From contig MU053594.1 of the NCBI GenBank assembly GCA_013239625.1, positions 1,086,536 through 1,150,535 on the forward strand: a DNA stretch of 64,000 bases, written 5' to 3'. The translations under genes and the position numbers were made by a program. A model generated the notes under the pieces. It did not search any database and was not told the DNA's origin. It saw only the letters and a program-made list of their open reading frames with translations. The DNA is from Lama guanicoe. Lineage: Eukaryota. Positions 51,490 to 63,727 of the stretch are shown here, one piece after another (the stretch's first letter is position 1; the number at the start of each line of letters is the position of its first letter).

Positions 51490-51920
51490 CCGTCAGTATC
51501 TCTCCAGCCCTTCTAACAGGGCCTGCTCCTTAAATTGGCCAGGCTCGGGGCTCGCAGCGGCCCCTCCTCTCCAGCCTCGCTGGCCACCGGCAGCGCTGAT
51601 AAACAAGCCCCCAGCAGGGGGAGGTTTGGAAAGAAATGGCCTAGATGGGGAGCGCAAGATGATTGGTCCCTGTCCTGCCGCGCAGTGTGATTGGCTGTCT
51701 GTCTGAACGGGCTCCCGTGATTGGCTCCCCAAGCAGTCAGGGAGGCTCCTGAATCCCCTCCCCTTTCGGTGTTCCCTGCTGGTTTCAGGCTGGGAGAAGC
51801 GCAGGCCGCTCTGGCCGTCTCGGGGCTTGCTTGGTTCTAGTCAGTGTTTGCTGCAGCCTCGAGGTGCGGAAACTGCTCACAGCCCGAGCAGACAGCCCCT
51901 TCCTACACCTGCCGGGAAGG
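51490..51920 (+). promoter_or_regulatory. Candidate CpG-enriched, TATA-less promoter with three CCAAT boxes
   Basis: GATTGG motifs with ATTGG at 51662, 51690 and 51720 (28- and 30-bp spacing); local CpG retention; CTCF-like ccagcagggggag at 51611-51623; donor-like gag|gtgcgg with GT at 51864; strand inferred only from the donor. Confidence 0.55.
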
Positions 51921-52817
51921 GGATTAGCTGTGGGTCAGTAGGGATCTAACACAATCTCTTTTTGTTGGGCAAACACAGTAACTATTGACAGACCCGCTCT
52001 CTGGACTTGACACCCTTAACTCGATGCAGGAAATCAAACCACCTAACTGCGATTGGATTCTAGCCACTTCCCTCGATCCTCTTTGCCTTCGTTTTCCCTC
52101 CTGGGGTTCGACCTGTATTTTCCATTTTCCTGCAAGTTGAAAATGTAGGTTACCGGCTGGGCTGGCAACTATTAGAATGAGTGGCTCTCCCACCCTTCTC
52201 AGCCTAGAAATGTTCCAGCAGCTCCAGGAATATTTGGGAGACTACAGTGATAATAATAATTATTATGCACATGTTGTAGCTGCTAACAGTTCACACGGTA
52301 TAATAATTCCTTATACAATTTTAATCTTATGTGAAAAGCCATTATTCCGTTTGTCCTTAAAATCCTGGTGCAATCTACATTTTGTTGCTTCGTATTTTGC
52401 CTTTGGAACGTAAGGAAAATCTTGGTTGGGATGTTAAGGGACTTGGCTGAGATCACAGCCCTAGGGCGGAGCTGGGATGCATCTGGGTCTACAGACCCCT
52501 TAAAGGAGAAAGGAGTGTGTCCCTGGTGGAGGGAAATGCGTTTATGGAAGAAGGGTGGTTATGCCACCAGGTTTAGTTCATTGGACTGAAAAGCAAACAT
52601 CCAGCCTCCTTCAGGCTATGGTCTGTGAGGGTAATGGCCAGCAAGAAAGTATTTCCCTTTCTTCCCAGACCTCTTCCTCTCTTCTCTTCTGCTCTTGTAG
52701 AAGCAGAGAAAGGTGAGGATGTTGACTTACCATTTATTAACAAGGACTTTTCCTGTGCCCCCTGCTCCTGAACCCTTTCTACTTGAATAGGGGCCCCTGG
52801 AGAGGACTTCTTAAATT

Positions 52818-52954
52818 TGGGGGGGGGCTATTTATTTTTATTGGGGAGGATTAGGTTTATTTATTTATTTATTTAATGGAGGTACTGAGGATTGAACCCA
52901 GGACCTCATGCATGCTAAACATACACTCCACCACTGAGCTATACCCTCCCCCCC
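52818..52954 (-). mobile_element. tRNA-Ala-derived SINE (camelid Vic-1 type)
   Basis: Reverse complement reads gggagggtatagctcagtggtggag...gtcctgggttcaatcctcagtacctccattaaataaataaa; cttaaatt repeated at both flanks. Confidence 0.92.
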
Positions 52955-53710
52955 ACACTTAAATTATTTTTAATAGGATTTAAACAACTGAACTGGTATA
53001 ACTGTGCCTTAAGTCCCAGATAACTTTTTTAGTCCTTTCTGGACCTTTTCTTTTCTGTTTGTTTTAATCTGGTCAACGTAGCACCAATTTAAAAAAAAAA
53101 ATCAAAAATCTACTTTGTAGAAAAAATGGGAAGTCAGGTGAATAAATGGGTAGCCCTGAAAGAAAATAGTGGTGCACAGGTTTTAAGTCCATGACACTGT
53201 ATAAAACTTTGAAAAATAACCACCCCGCCCACTTTTCCCTGGGTTGTGACATGCTGAGGGGGTGCAAAAGGAAAGAATCAGATTTGTGGACCCTCAGGAG
53301 TCATGGGGCTCACTTAAGGGCGGCCATACATGAGAATATCCTTAGAAAGTGTTGCCACAGTGCTTCCTACAGGGTTAGATGCTCAAGAAATGAGTGGTAT
53401 TAGTATTAATATTAAAAATGAGACATTTAAAAAAATCAATTGATTTGTCTTCTTTTCTCCAAACCCCCTGAGATAGAATCTTTTGTTCAGGGTTCACATA
53501 AGGCATCTTTACTGACTGTCAAAGTAGGCAGTGAGACCCCCTCGGGGGTTGGGGTGGGGCGGGGGTCCGGCTCTTGAACCTTCCATGGTGCGACAGTTTG
53601 TGCTGATCACTCTGAGACCTGCTTGTCTGCTTGCAGGTATCTGGTCTGAGACTCGCTGTCAGACCAAATCTGAGGTTTTACTAGTCACTGGGTCAGATGG
53701 CTGCTGAGAG

Positions 53711-54148
53711 TGTACACTGGCTTCCTAGATCTATTACAACAAAGCACCACAGACTAGGTGACTTAAAACAGCAGAAATGTATTCTCTTGTCTCGAGACGA
53801 GAGGTCCAAATTAAGGTGTTGGAAGGACCTCGTTTCTGCAGAAGTCTCTAGGGGAGGCTCTTTCCTTGCTTCTTCCGGCTCCTGTTAGCCCCGGGCATGC
53901 CTTGGCTCGTAGCAGCATCACCCCAATATCTGCCTCCAGGGTCACATGATCATCGTCTCTGTGTGTCTCCTCTTCCTCTAAGGACACCCATCACATTGGA
54001 TTAAGGGCCCACCTTGGTCCATTTAGTATGACCTCATCTTAACTAATTGCATCTGCAAAGACCTAATCTTGAAATAAGTTTTATTCTGAGGTGCTGGGAG
54101 TTAGGGCTCCAACATGTTGTTTGGGGGGACATAATTCAACTCGTATCA
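53711..54148 (-). mobile_element. MaLR solo LTR (MLT1C-like)
   Basis: acaaagcaccacagactaggtgacttaaaacagcagaaatgtattctct...tgacctcatcttaactaattgcatctgcaaagacc...ggggggacataattcaac. Confidence 0.9.
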
Positions 54149-55834
54149 GGGTGCTGTCGTCATCTGTCCAAACAAGCCTCATGCCAGCCGGGCTCTGGCG
54201 CATGACTCAAGCTTGGCTTCCATGTGTGCTGCACCGGAAGGGACAAGGGGTAGACTGTGGGGTCCGGATTTGCCTCCACCTCGCCGAGCTAGAGGCCCTA
54301 CCCGGCCAGGGCTGATTAGGCACAGCGCACATACTCGCATCCCACAGTACCCCACACATCCTGGCTCAGTGAGCAGAATCCAGGGATTGATGGGGAGCTG
54401 TGACCCAGGCCACTCCTCCAGGGCAGCCAGAGCCCTTCCCGTCCCGGGACAGCCTGCTGAAGCGGACAGGGCTCAGCTGCTGGCCTTTCCCTCCTCTGGT
54501 GCTCCCTGCCTCCTGTCCCCCCAACTCTGCCAGCAGAAAAGGTTGTCCTGGCATAGGCACTCTGAAATCCCGTTGTCTGGAGGATGCAGAAACTGGCTTA
54601 GGCTGAGCAACAGTCACAGCTGAGCAGAAAAAGGCAGAGAGAGAGAGAGACTGAGACAGAGACCAGGAGAAACAGCAGAGCGAGGGCTTGAGCTCAGAGA
54701 CAGGGTGGGGACGGAGGGCGCCGCCGTCCCTGACTCCCTCCCTTGACTCTCAGAGCAGCTGCTCTGCCTCCCCGGAGGGCGCCTGGCTCCAGCATCCTCC
54801 TCCCTGGTCTGCAGGGACGTGTCTGCCCGGTTGCCTGGCTCCTCACAGTCATTGCGGAGCCCCGAAGGAAGGACAGAGTAAACTCTAAGTGCCTCTTTCC
54901 TTCACTCAGGGTTATTTATTACACTCCTGGATTGCCTCAGAAGGAGACAGTCGTTGGCTTTTATTGTTTTTTTTCCAGAAAGATCTAAATGTTCCCTAAT
55001 TAACCTATTAATTTTAATTAAATGCTTGTAGCCATTTATTTGCTCATCTGAAAAACCAACACCCTGGATTCAAAGAAAAGGTTCCCCCCCACCCCCATCC
55101 TCTCTTCCCTCTTCTCCTGTGAAGTGTTGAAATCACTTGTCAACACAGAGGGAATAATAATAATAAAAAGAGTGACAGGCGATCAGAGAGCAGGGGAGTG
55201 GTGGAGGGAACCGAAGCCCCAGTGCAATCAGTCTGAGTGAAGGTTCCTCCATATTCATCAGGGAGAAGATGCAGGCATCCCATCCCGGCTCCTCGGGGGC
55301 GGGAGGCGTCAGGAGGGCCTCTGGCCGGCTGCGCTGCGCTGCCTGCCCACACCCCAGTGTCCTGCCCCTGCCTCCAGGACCTGCCCTGCGGCTCAGGTCT
55401 TACAGGAGGCCCCGGGACCACGTGGGTGCTGCTGCTGTCAGCTTCAGTCTGTCCTCACATCCTTGGCTGACGAGGCTCGTGCCTGGGACACGCTGTCCCA
55501 GGGCAGCCAAAACGAGGGGGGAGAGACACATAGACACACACATGCATTTATATTTATTTTGTGGGGAATCAGGGCATTCTCATCAGCTGTAACCACCACA
55601 GATATCAGCACATCAGTGGATGGTAACTCACTCGTGGATGTGACAAAAAACAAGATAACCTGCGAGTACGTACAATTCTTTCTGAACAAACTGCAGTTCC
55701 AACTTTTCCTCTCCCTGCTGCAGGAACGCCTGTTAGAATAACAGGGAGAGAGGGTACCGTTACTGCAGGCAGCTTCTGAATTTATTTCTATATATAAATT
55801 CACATATGAATACGAACACTAGCTTTAGCCAACA

Positions 55835-56050
55835 TTTATTGTTAGCTGCTTCTACTTATTCGTCTTACTTATTCCTCGCAACAACCCTTCAGAGGGAGAT
55901 ACTGTTATCATCCCATTTTCCAGACAGGTACACTGAGAGTTAAAGGAGTGAAGGAAATTGCCGGAGGTCCCACAAACAATCAGAGGTAGAGACAGAATTC
56001 AGACTCTGTTGGACTCCAAGTTGCTTGCTTTCAACATCTTCGCTATTCTG
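55835..56050 (-). mobile_element. MIR SINE
   Basis: attcctcgcaacaaccct...atactgttatcatcccattttccagacaggtacactgagag. Confidence 0.8.
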
Positions 56051-59000
56051 CTTCCCAAACTGAATTTATGAAAAGGTACGCAGTCTGTATACGCTGGTAC
56101 TTACTTTTGGTAACAGATAACTAGTGACATCTTTCCCAAAGGAGGCCGAAGCCCGCTGATGTGGGGGAAAGGGAAGGGGGCCGAACACCAGAGGCCCGTG
56201 TCCCAGTCTCCCTCTCACCCCCACCTTGCAACCCTGGGCCTGCGCTGCTTAACTCTCTGGGACCCGGGACAGTCCCACATGGCTGTGAGTGTCTGGCTTC
56301 ATTGAAGGGGAGAGGAGAGCTGGGCCTGGAAACGGAAGCACCAGGTCTGCAGAAGGAAAGGTGAGAGCTGGCTTCTAAGTTAAGGGTCCTCCAGGAAGTC
56401 TGGGGACCCTGCAGGTGTGCGGAATGCAAACCAGGGCCTGAGGAAGACTCATCCCTTCTCAGAAGGGAACCAAGGGTGTGCAGAAGCTCAAACAGGAAGA
56501 GGGGTAAGGAGAAGGGAGGACGGTGATCCCTCAGGCTGTCCCTGCGGAAGATCCCTACGGAATAGTTCAGGGTCCATGGACAGGGGATACAAGCAGGGGC
56601 CCAGGCAAGAGGCTGGGGCTGGAGGGATGTTAACAAAGGCAGGGCAGAGAATAAGAAAGCTGGTAAGCGTGGAAACCAGGAAGACTCGGAAGGGCGGAGA
56701 TGCTGGTTTGTTTCACCAGAACTTCAGAAAAAGTGAGATACCCCGAAATTGAAAGCAAACTTCGTAGCACACACATTTGGGTCCTCCATCCCATCCGCCC
56801 TGATGAGATTCGCACTGCGGTGGGACCCTAAACAGGGAAGAACCCCTGTCCCAGACGGTCTCCAGCAAAGGACAAATGTTGGTCTGACATGGTTGGCAGC
56901 TTCCCCGGAATCCCTGGAAGCCAGAGCTACCCGCCCCAAGTCCAGCCGCTGGGCGGCCCCGCCTTGAGTGGTGAGGCCCCCTGGAGGTGCTGTGTCCACG
57001 TGTGTCCCTCGGCACCTCTCCCCCAGCTCCTCTGGAGGTGTGGGAACACGTGTTGACCCCAACACCCTCAGCACCTCTCGGGGATCGACCATCGTCCCGA
57101 GGCTCTTACTCGGGGGAGGGGGATTTCACACCTGTGGATAAATGATACGCTGTGTTGCAGCCGTGCAAGACCTATGAAAAGAACGTTTTAAAAAATAATT
57201 AAATGGGTAATTTGACACGTACTTTCTTCCGTCTCTGTCCACTGAAGATACATAAAACCTAATGAATCGCATTCTGCTCCAGATCTAACCATCTGCCGTT
57301 TCAAGCTTGGATGTCTTCCCCCGACTCCTTTCCCTTCCTTGGTTCCAGAGGGTGGCCCCAACTCCTGGGCTTTGCTGGGGAGCTTCCCCCAAGGAGCCGG
57401 GCATCTTCCTCTTGGGCGGAGATCCATCAGGAACCTTGCCCTTGTTCACCTCACCGCTTAAAACGGACCCACAAGTCTAGGGACTGAGTTCAAGTACAGT
57501 GATGCCTCATTTGTCTGGGCACTGTTAGGATTTACACAAACTAGCCAGGTAAGTGAAACCTCTCCTTAAGAGCCAAAATCGTTTCTTTGAAAAATTAATC
57601 TTTTTCAGTAGACATTTTTCAAAAACGCATTATACACTCTCCTTCCTCCTTAACCAGCGACCACTGATCATCATTTCACGGAGCTGCAATCTGTGTCTAC
57701 ACGGCTTTCTAGTGGCTCTGATGCCTCTTTCAGCGTCAGGAGATTGGCTTTCACGCTTCTGGCTGTCCGAGTATCTGTCTTTACTAGCCTCCCGGCCTTT
57801 CTCCTGTCGGGCTGTTTCTATACGTGATGCTGGGGTTGGGGCACTGTCACCCCGCTTCCTCAGCTGGCCACTCGTTGGACAAGAGTCCGTGAATCCTTCA
57901 ACTCGTGAAGAGTCGGGCGCTGGGCTCAGCAGAGGCAGGGCTCAGTGATGGCTGTTTTGGGCGGTCAAGGGCTTTTAGGCTTATTAAACTGGCTGTTTCC
58001 ACTTTATCAGACTGATGGTCGGAGATACCGTGAAAGAAGCATCGTCCATTTAGAGGCAGTCACCGCGTGTTCAAGCCCTCGGTCATTTTAGCTGTGTTTG
58101 GGTGACAGAGTGTCACAAAGGAGAAGACAAGGAAGAAAAGTGGACTTGACTGAACATTTGTTCTGTGACAAGGGCTCGGTGGAGTCTCCGCCTCCTATTT
58201 CACCTACTTCCCACCGCTGCCCGGAGGTGCAGGTACCATCAGCCCTGATTTACTGAGGAGAAAGCAAAGGTTTGATGATGTTAATTAGCAAGGTGTAGAA
58301 TCAAGATGCCAACTGAGGCTTGTCTCACTTTAAAGCGATTGTCTTTAATACACTTTATCCTTGGGAAAAAAGGGGGCTGAGTTTTCTTTTTAATTTTTTC
58401 ATTCTTTAGTTCTTTTTAAAAAATCTTCTTAAAGTATGTGATAGATGACATCTTATGTGAAACTCCAATGTGAGAGAGAACTGGGGGTGCTGTGTTGAAG
58501 GCTGGCTGCTCTGGACCCCAAGACTCTATTGGAACCCCAGGGCCCCATGGAACTCAGATTGAGAACCATGGTAACCAGGTCTAGAGATGTGCCAAGAGAG
58601 TACAGTGGGGGGTTGGGAGTTCTCAGATAGGGCCGAAGGAAAACTGTCTCTATTCATACCCGAGAAAGGGGAGAGACAGACTGATTTTTCCCAGAGAGGT
58701 CTGTAAATGAGCAGTCCATCTCAACCCAAGTCCGCTGTCCTCTCTGGGATCTTATCTCACTCAGCCTAAAAGATTCCTTTGACATCTGATTACATTTGTT
58801 TGCTCTGACAGTGCAGACCTGGACAGAGCCTTCCCGAGGTAATTTGCTTCTGGTGGACTACAGGTCAGCCCCCTTGGGACCTAAGCTTTCTTCTTCAAAA
58901 TCCTTCTTATAACTGACTGCCCTCTGCCCCTGCTCTTCAGTAGCAACTGTGTTCGGGCAACCCATCCTTAGATCCATCGGCTCAGGAGGTGTCCTCTGGG

Positions 59001-60334
59001 AAGCACATCACTGACCCATGGATTTCCACTTGACGGGATAAATAAAGTAAGAGCCCCCCAAGCCATCGGAATTGCTTTCCCTCCAGTTGCCTGAGTGGCT
59101 GGTGTCAAGCAAGTGGAGCAGAAGGGGCAAGACTTGTTGGAGCAGAATGTCCCTTCCCACCCATCATGCTGCCTGATCCGTGGCCCCACGTCAGATGGGG
59201 GATTGTCCTGGCACCTGGGACACTCACCTGCCCTGGAGAGTTTGGGGCCACGCCCAGTCTGGCTTTATCACCAAACCCCCTGGGACAGGTGGCCTGGGAT
59301 GAATCAGACAGCTAATTAGCGCTCGCTCTATCTAAAAGGAGCCAGAGACTCATAAATTGCTCCCAAGAGGGAGGGAAGGAGGCAGAGAAACCAACAGGGG
59401 TTACATCAGAAAAACAACATTATCCAAGCAGCCACACCTCCCACATCGGTGTTCTTCCTCTAGTAGGGTTGGCAGAGGCAGCTGGACTCCGGGGAGCCTG
59501 GAAGTAATGCACCTGTGTCAGCATCTCATTGTCTGCAGAAAGGATGCTGCTCTCCTGCCTGACTGAGGCCTGAGCTGCTCTCTGCACGGCTCTTTGGTGC
59601 CTGACATTTCTGCTGTTTCCTATCATACAGATCACACAGCCGTGAAATTTTATGACAGGATGTGGGCAGCCAGCACCATCCTCAGTAAACTAGGGCACCT
59701 GTCCGGTCAGCATCACATCAAGGCAGGGGCAGGTCCTGCACTAACCTGGGGATGAGGGAATCAGTGGGCTTCACCAGCATCGTGTTTCAGGGAAGAGGAC
59801 AACAGGGAAAATTCTGGAGCGTTAGAGCCTAATTGTGGATGCATGACCCTGGATCCATCCCTTGACTTCTTAGGGTCTCAGAAACTTGAAAGTTCGGACT
59901 ATGTCACATCTCCAGCAATCAGGAATCCTGTGAGTTCAGCATTCCTCTGGCCAGATTGTTTCTGGATAATTTGTGGAGGCAAGCTTCCGATTTATTGATT
60001 AATTTTTTATATCCTTTCCATCCTAACTTCTGAGAGCTTGGCATTCCTGTTGATCTCAGATCGGTGTGGGCAGAGATAGTGAGAAAGAAACTGGAGGTGG
60101 GCAGAGGAGCAAAATAATTATTCATTTGAGAGATGAGGACGGAAGTCTTCAGCCTGTAATTAAAGCCGACTGCCCGCAGCGAGCACAACCAATGTCCAGA
60201 TCTGCGTTTTTCATACTGTTCTCCAGTCAAAGAAACCAGGGTTCCTTGAAGAAATGTTTGGTTCCAGGACTGGGGGAGGAAATACACAGGATGAGCCTGG
60301 AGCATCTTGTGGTGCCAAAAAGTAAGGAAGTGCT

Positions 60335-60352
60335 ACACACACATACATACAA

Positions 60353-60387
<35 letters not shown>

Positions 60388-60394
60388 TGCACAC
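60335..60394 (+). repeat. Imperfect (CA)n microsatellite
   Basis: Directly visible. Confidence 0.9.
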
Positions 60395-60493
60395 AGAGGG
60401 TTAAGTCAAGGGGACACAGGAGCCAACTGTAAGAGCTCCCGATGGCCAAGGCTAGAAGAATTTGAGCAAGAAAATAAATACAAAAACATTGGA

Positions 60494-60614
60494 GGGGGTG
60501 GGTATAGCTCAGTGGTAGAGTGCATGCTTAGTATGCATGAGATCCTAGGTTCCATCCCCTGTACCTCCATTAAAAAATAAATAAATATTTTTAAAAATCT
60601 AAAAAATAAAAAAA
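60494..60614 (+). mobile_element. tRNA-Ala-derived SINE (camelid Vic-1 type), short form
   Basis: gggggtgggtatagctcagtggtagagtgcatgcttag...gtacctccattaaaaaataaataaat; cattgga repeated at both flanks. Confidence 0.9.
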
Positions 60615-61436
60615 GAGCATTGGATCATAACCCAAGGTATAGAATAAATATTCATGAGTCTATACTGATACACGTAAATGATAGAATAAATAAACAAATA
60701 GGGAGAAGAGACAAATCTCTTGTGCACAAGAATTACAAATCATTTGGGTGGATCCTCTGCTTTGAAGGATGCAGAGCACAATTCTCTAGGGATGCACTCA
60801 GTGACTTCCTTCCAAAGAGTACAGGATGGAAAGGAGGGGTGGGAGAGAAACTTAGGAGTGGAGAACCCTGCTGCCCATGACCTCAGCCAGGTGATCAAGG
60901 TCAGTAGTGGTTAAGTCATGTGCGTATTCGTGATATGATGTGATAAAAATGGCACTTCACGTCTGTGGTCTTCCATTCAGTACTCATAGTCTCAGTCGAA
61001 GCATAGGAAAACATCAGACAAATCCCATCTGAGAGACATTTTATGAAATACCTGGCCAGTACTCCTCAAACCTGTCAAGGTCATCGAAAGTAACTGAAGT
61101 CTGAGACACTGTCGCAGCCAACAGGAGCCTAAGATGACATGACAGCTAATGCCATGTGGTGTCGTGGATAGGATCCCAGAACAGTAAAAGGACATTAGAT
61201 CAAAACTAAGGAAACCTGAATAAACTGCAGAACTGAATGCATAACAGTATGTCAATATTGGTTCATTCATTTTAGCAAATACACCTTACTAAAGTAAAAT
61301 GTTAACAGTAGGAGAAACTAGGCGTTGGGTGTACAAGAAACTCTGTACTATCTTCACAATTTTTCCATGAATCTAAAGCTGTTTGAAAAAACAGAGTTGA
61401 TTTATAAAAAAAAAACTGTACCCAAATCATGTGTTT

Positions 61437-61878
61437 ATTTTGCTTTTATTGAAGTATAGTCAGTTTACAATGTTGTGTCAATTTCTGGTGTGCAGCATCA
61501 TGTTTCAGTCATACAGATACATACATATATTCTTTTCCATACTCCTTTTCATTTTAGGTTGCTACCAGATATTGAATATAGTTCCTTGTGCTATACAGTA
61601 GAAATTTGTTGTTTATCTGTTTTGTATATAGTAATGTGTATCTGCAAATCTCAGACTCCTGATTTATCCCTTCCCACTCCCTTTCCCCCTGGTAACCACA
61701 AGTTTGTTTTCCATGTCTGTGAGTCTGTCTCTGTTTTGTAAATAAGTTCATTTGTGTCATTTTTAAGATTCCACATGTGAGTGATATCATATGATATTTT
61801 TCTTTCTCTTTCTGACTAACTTCACCCAATATGACGATCTCCAGTTCCACCCGTGTTGCTGCAAATGGCATTGTTTTA
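61437..61878 (-). mobile_element. Young 5'-truncated L1 (ORF2 C-terminus and 3'UTR)
   Basis: ORF 61554..61871 MPFAATRVELEIVILGEVSQKEKEKYHMISLTCGI resembles the end of L1 ORF2; perfect 15-bp TSD ccaaatcatgtgttt at 61422-61436 and 61879-61893. Confidence 0.93.
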
Positions 61879-61969
61879 CCAAATCATGTGTTTCTAATTA
61901 AATCATTTGACTGGTTCAAGCCTGAGTAGAGTTGCTTTGAAATTTTAAAACTGTATTTGGGTAAAGGAT

Positions 61970-62473
61970 TGTGGTGGAGACTGCTAATTGCCTACCTTAT
62001 TTCTATTTCATTCTTCTTAAAGGGACAGAATGTTTTTGTTCAGGAGAGCAATGTGGCCAGCTAAAAATACCACTTTCCCTCATTCTGTTGTAGTGAGTGG
62101 TGGCCATGGTCACAATTTTGTCAGTGAAATGTAGGAGGATCCCTAGGAAGAGCTTGCCCTCTTGAATAGAAAGAGTTGTCCATCCCCTATTCCTGCCTGG
62201 AGTTAGGACATGAGGCCCGGAGGTGCAGCAGCTATTTTGTAGCCATGAAGCACCAGCATGGGGATGAAACTCTACACATTATGGGTGGCAGGGCAGAGAG
62301 ACCAAGACACCCTGGGTCCCTGGTGGCACTGTTGAGTGGCTGCGTTAGCCCTGAACTGATCATCTCTAAACTTCTTATTAGGTGAATCAACTAAACTCTT
62401 ATTTTTAAAAAAGGCTACTGAACAGGTTTTGGGGATTCTGTTACTTGCAGCCAAATGTAATCTTATCAGTACA
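61970..62473 (+). mobile_element. MaLR solo LTR (MLT1J-like)
   Basis: tgtggtggagactgctaattgcc start; ttctgttacttgcagccaaatgtaatcttatcagtaca end. Confidence 0.8.
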
Positions 62474-63727
62474 AGGCCAATCTTGGAGAGGTATGATGAG
62501 AATGAAGACAGTAAGAGATAAACAAAATATGCCAGGCAGGTGCAGTAGTAAGAATGCTACAGAAAAGAACTGAGACACTGGGGAGACAAAATTGGGTTTT
62601 ATAATTGAAAGCAATAGAAATAATATTAAATATTAAGTATCACGTGAGTGTTTATTTATATATCACTATATTTTATATCAGCATTAGCATTTATTGTATA
62701 CCTGAAGCTTTTCAAAAATGAGCTGAACTTATTTAATTTACACATCAGACTGGTATGGATATCAATCATCATCTTTGTTTGAGAACCTGGAACATTCAGG
62801 CACAGAAGTAGACTTAGTCACAAGATAAGTAAGGGGCAGAGCCAGGAATGGAATCCAGGTCACCTCAGGCCAAGGTGGGGAGGTGTCCCTCGGTACCACT
62901 TTGGAGCTCAAGTGCATACTCTCTGAGTAAGGCCAGGAATGGAGATGGTAGAGAGACCAGAGATTGAGGAGAGAAGATGGTCCAGGGCTCAGGTCCATTT
63001 GGGGACTCTAGGAATGAAGGGCCAGGACATTCCCATTGTGCTACAGGAGAGCAATCAATGAGCTTGGGGTTCCAAAAATCATAACAAGAGGAGTGTCTAC
63101 ATGTAACTGGGGTTTTCAGTCTGAAAGGACAGTAACCCTCTAAAGACCAGGGATTAGGAGAGCAGGCAACAGTCCCATGAGTGAAAGATATTGGAATAGG
63201 AAAGTCCAGACTTCTTGAGATTTTTATGAAAAAATGAGCATAAATACTTGTTAAAAATTCAATAAGCACATCTTAAACATATACGATGGATAAAGCATCG
63301 TGTTAGATAAGGTGAAGGCTACAAAAATAAGTAAAGAACCAGTGGTCCCAGTTAAGGGGGGAAATTCAATTAATGCATCAATAGCTTTGGACTTCAAACT
63401 GCATCCAGCGACTAATTAGGAGTTTTGTTTTTGTCCTGAAATAGGGGATGAGCACTGGGCTGGTGTGGTGCCTCCAGAATGTCTTCAGAAACCAGAATCT
63501 TTCTGTATTTCCCTCCGGGATAGGAGAAGCCTAGTGGACACAAGATGGTTAGGGATTTCCAGCATCTCCCTGTGTCCTAGGCAGGGAAAATGAGAAAGGC
63601 AAAGCCCTGGGGCCACAGCAGCTGTGTCTACCCCCACCCCTCTTTTAGGGGGCTTTCCTGACAGTCTCACACTAGGACTGCCCCTTACACATCATTGGTA
63701 AGAATCGTGCTATGTGGACTTTCCTAT

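Larger units (their letters stand above)
60180..61415 (+). mobile_element. Ancient LINE-1 3'UTR (L1MC/L1MD class), interrupted by a SINE and a (CA)n repeat
   Basis: ggatgagcctggagcatcttgtggtgcca; aaaacatcagacaaatccc...ccagtactcctcaaacctgtcaaggtcat; ctctgtactatcttcacaattttt; A tail at about 61405-61415. Confidence 0.85.

Noticed and set aside
726..54210. Scattered AP-1 (TGACTCA/TGAGTCA) sites
   Set aside because: The number seen is close to chance expectation for a 7-mer in 64 kb, and they are not clustered.
55463..55802. Short hairpins (cctgggaca/tgtcccagg; tgaatttat/ataaattca) and C/D-box-like words on the - strand
   Set aside because: The stems are 9 bp, and the TGATGA and CTGA words are too close together for a C/D snoRNA.
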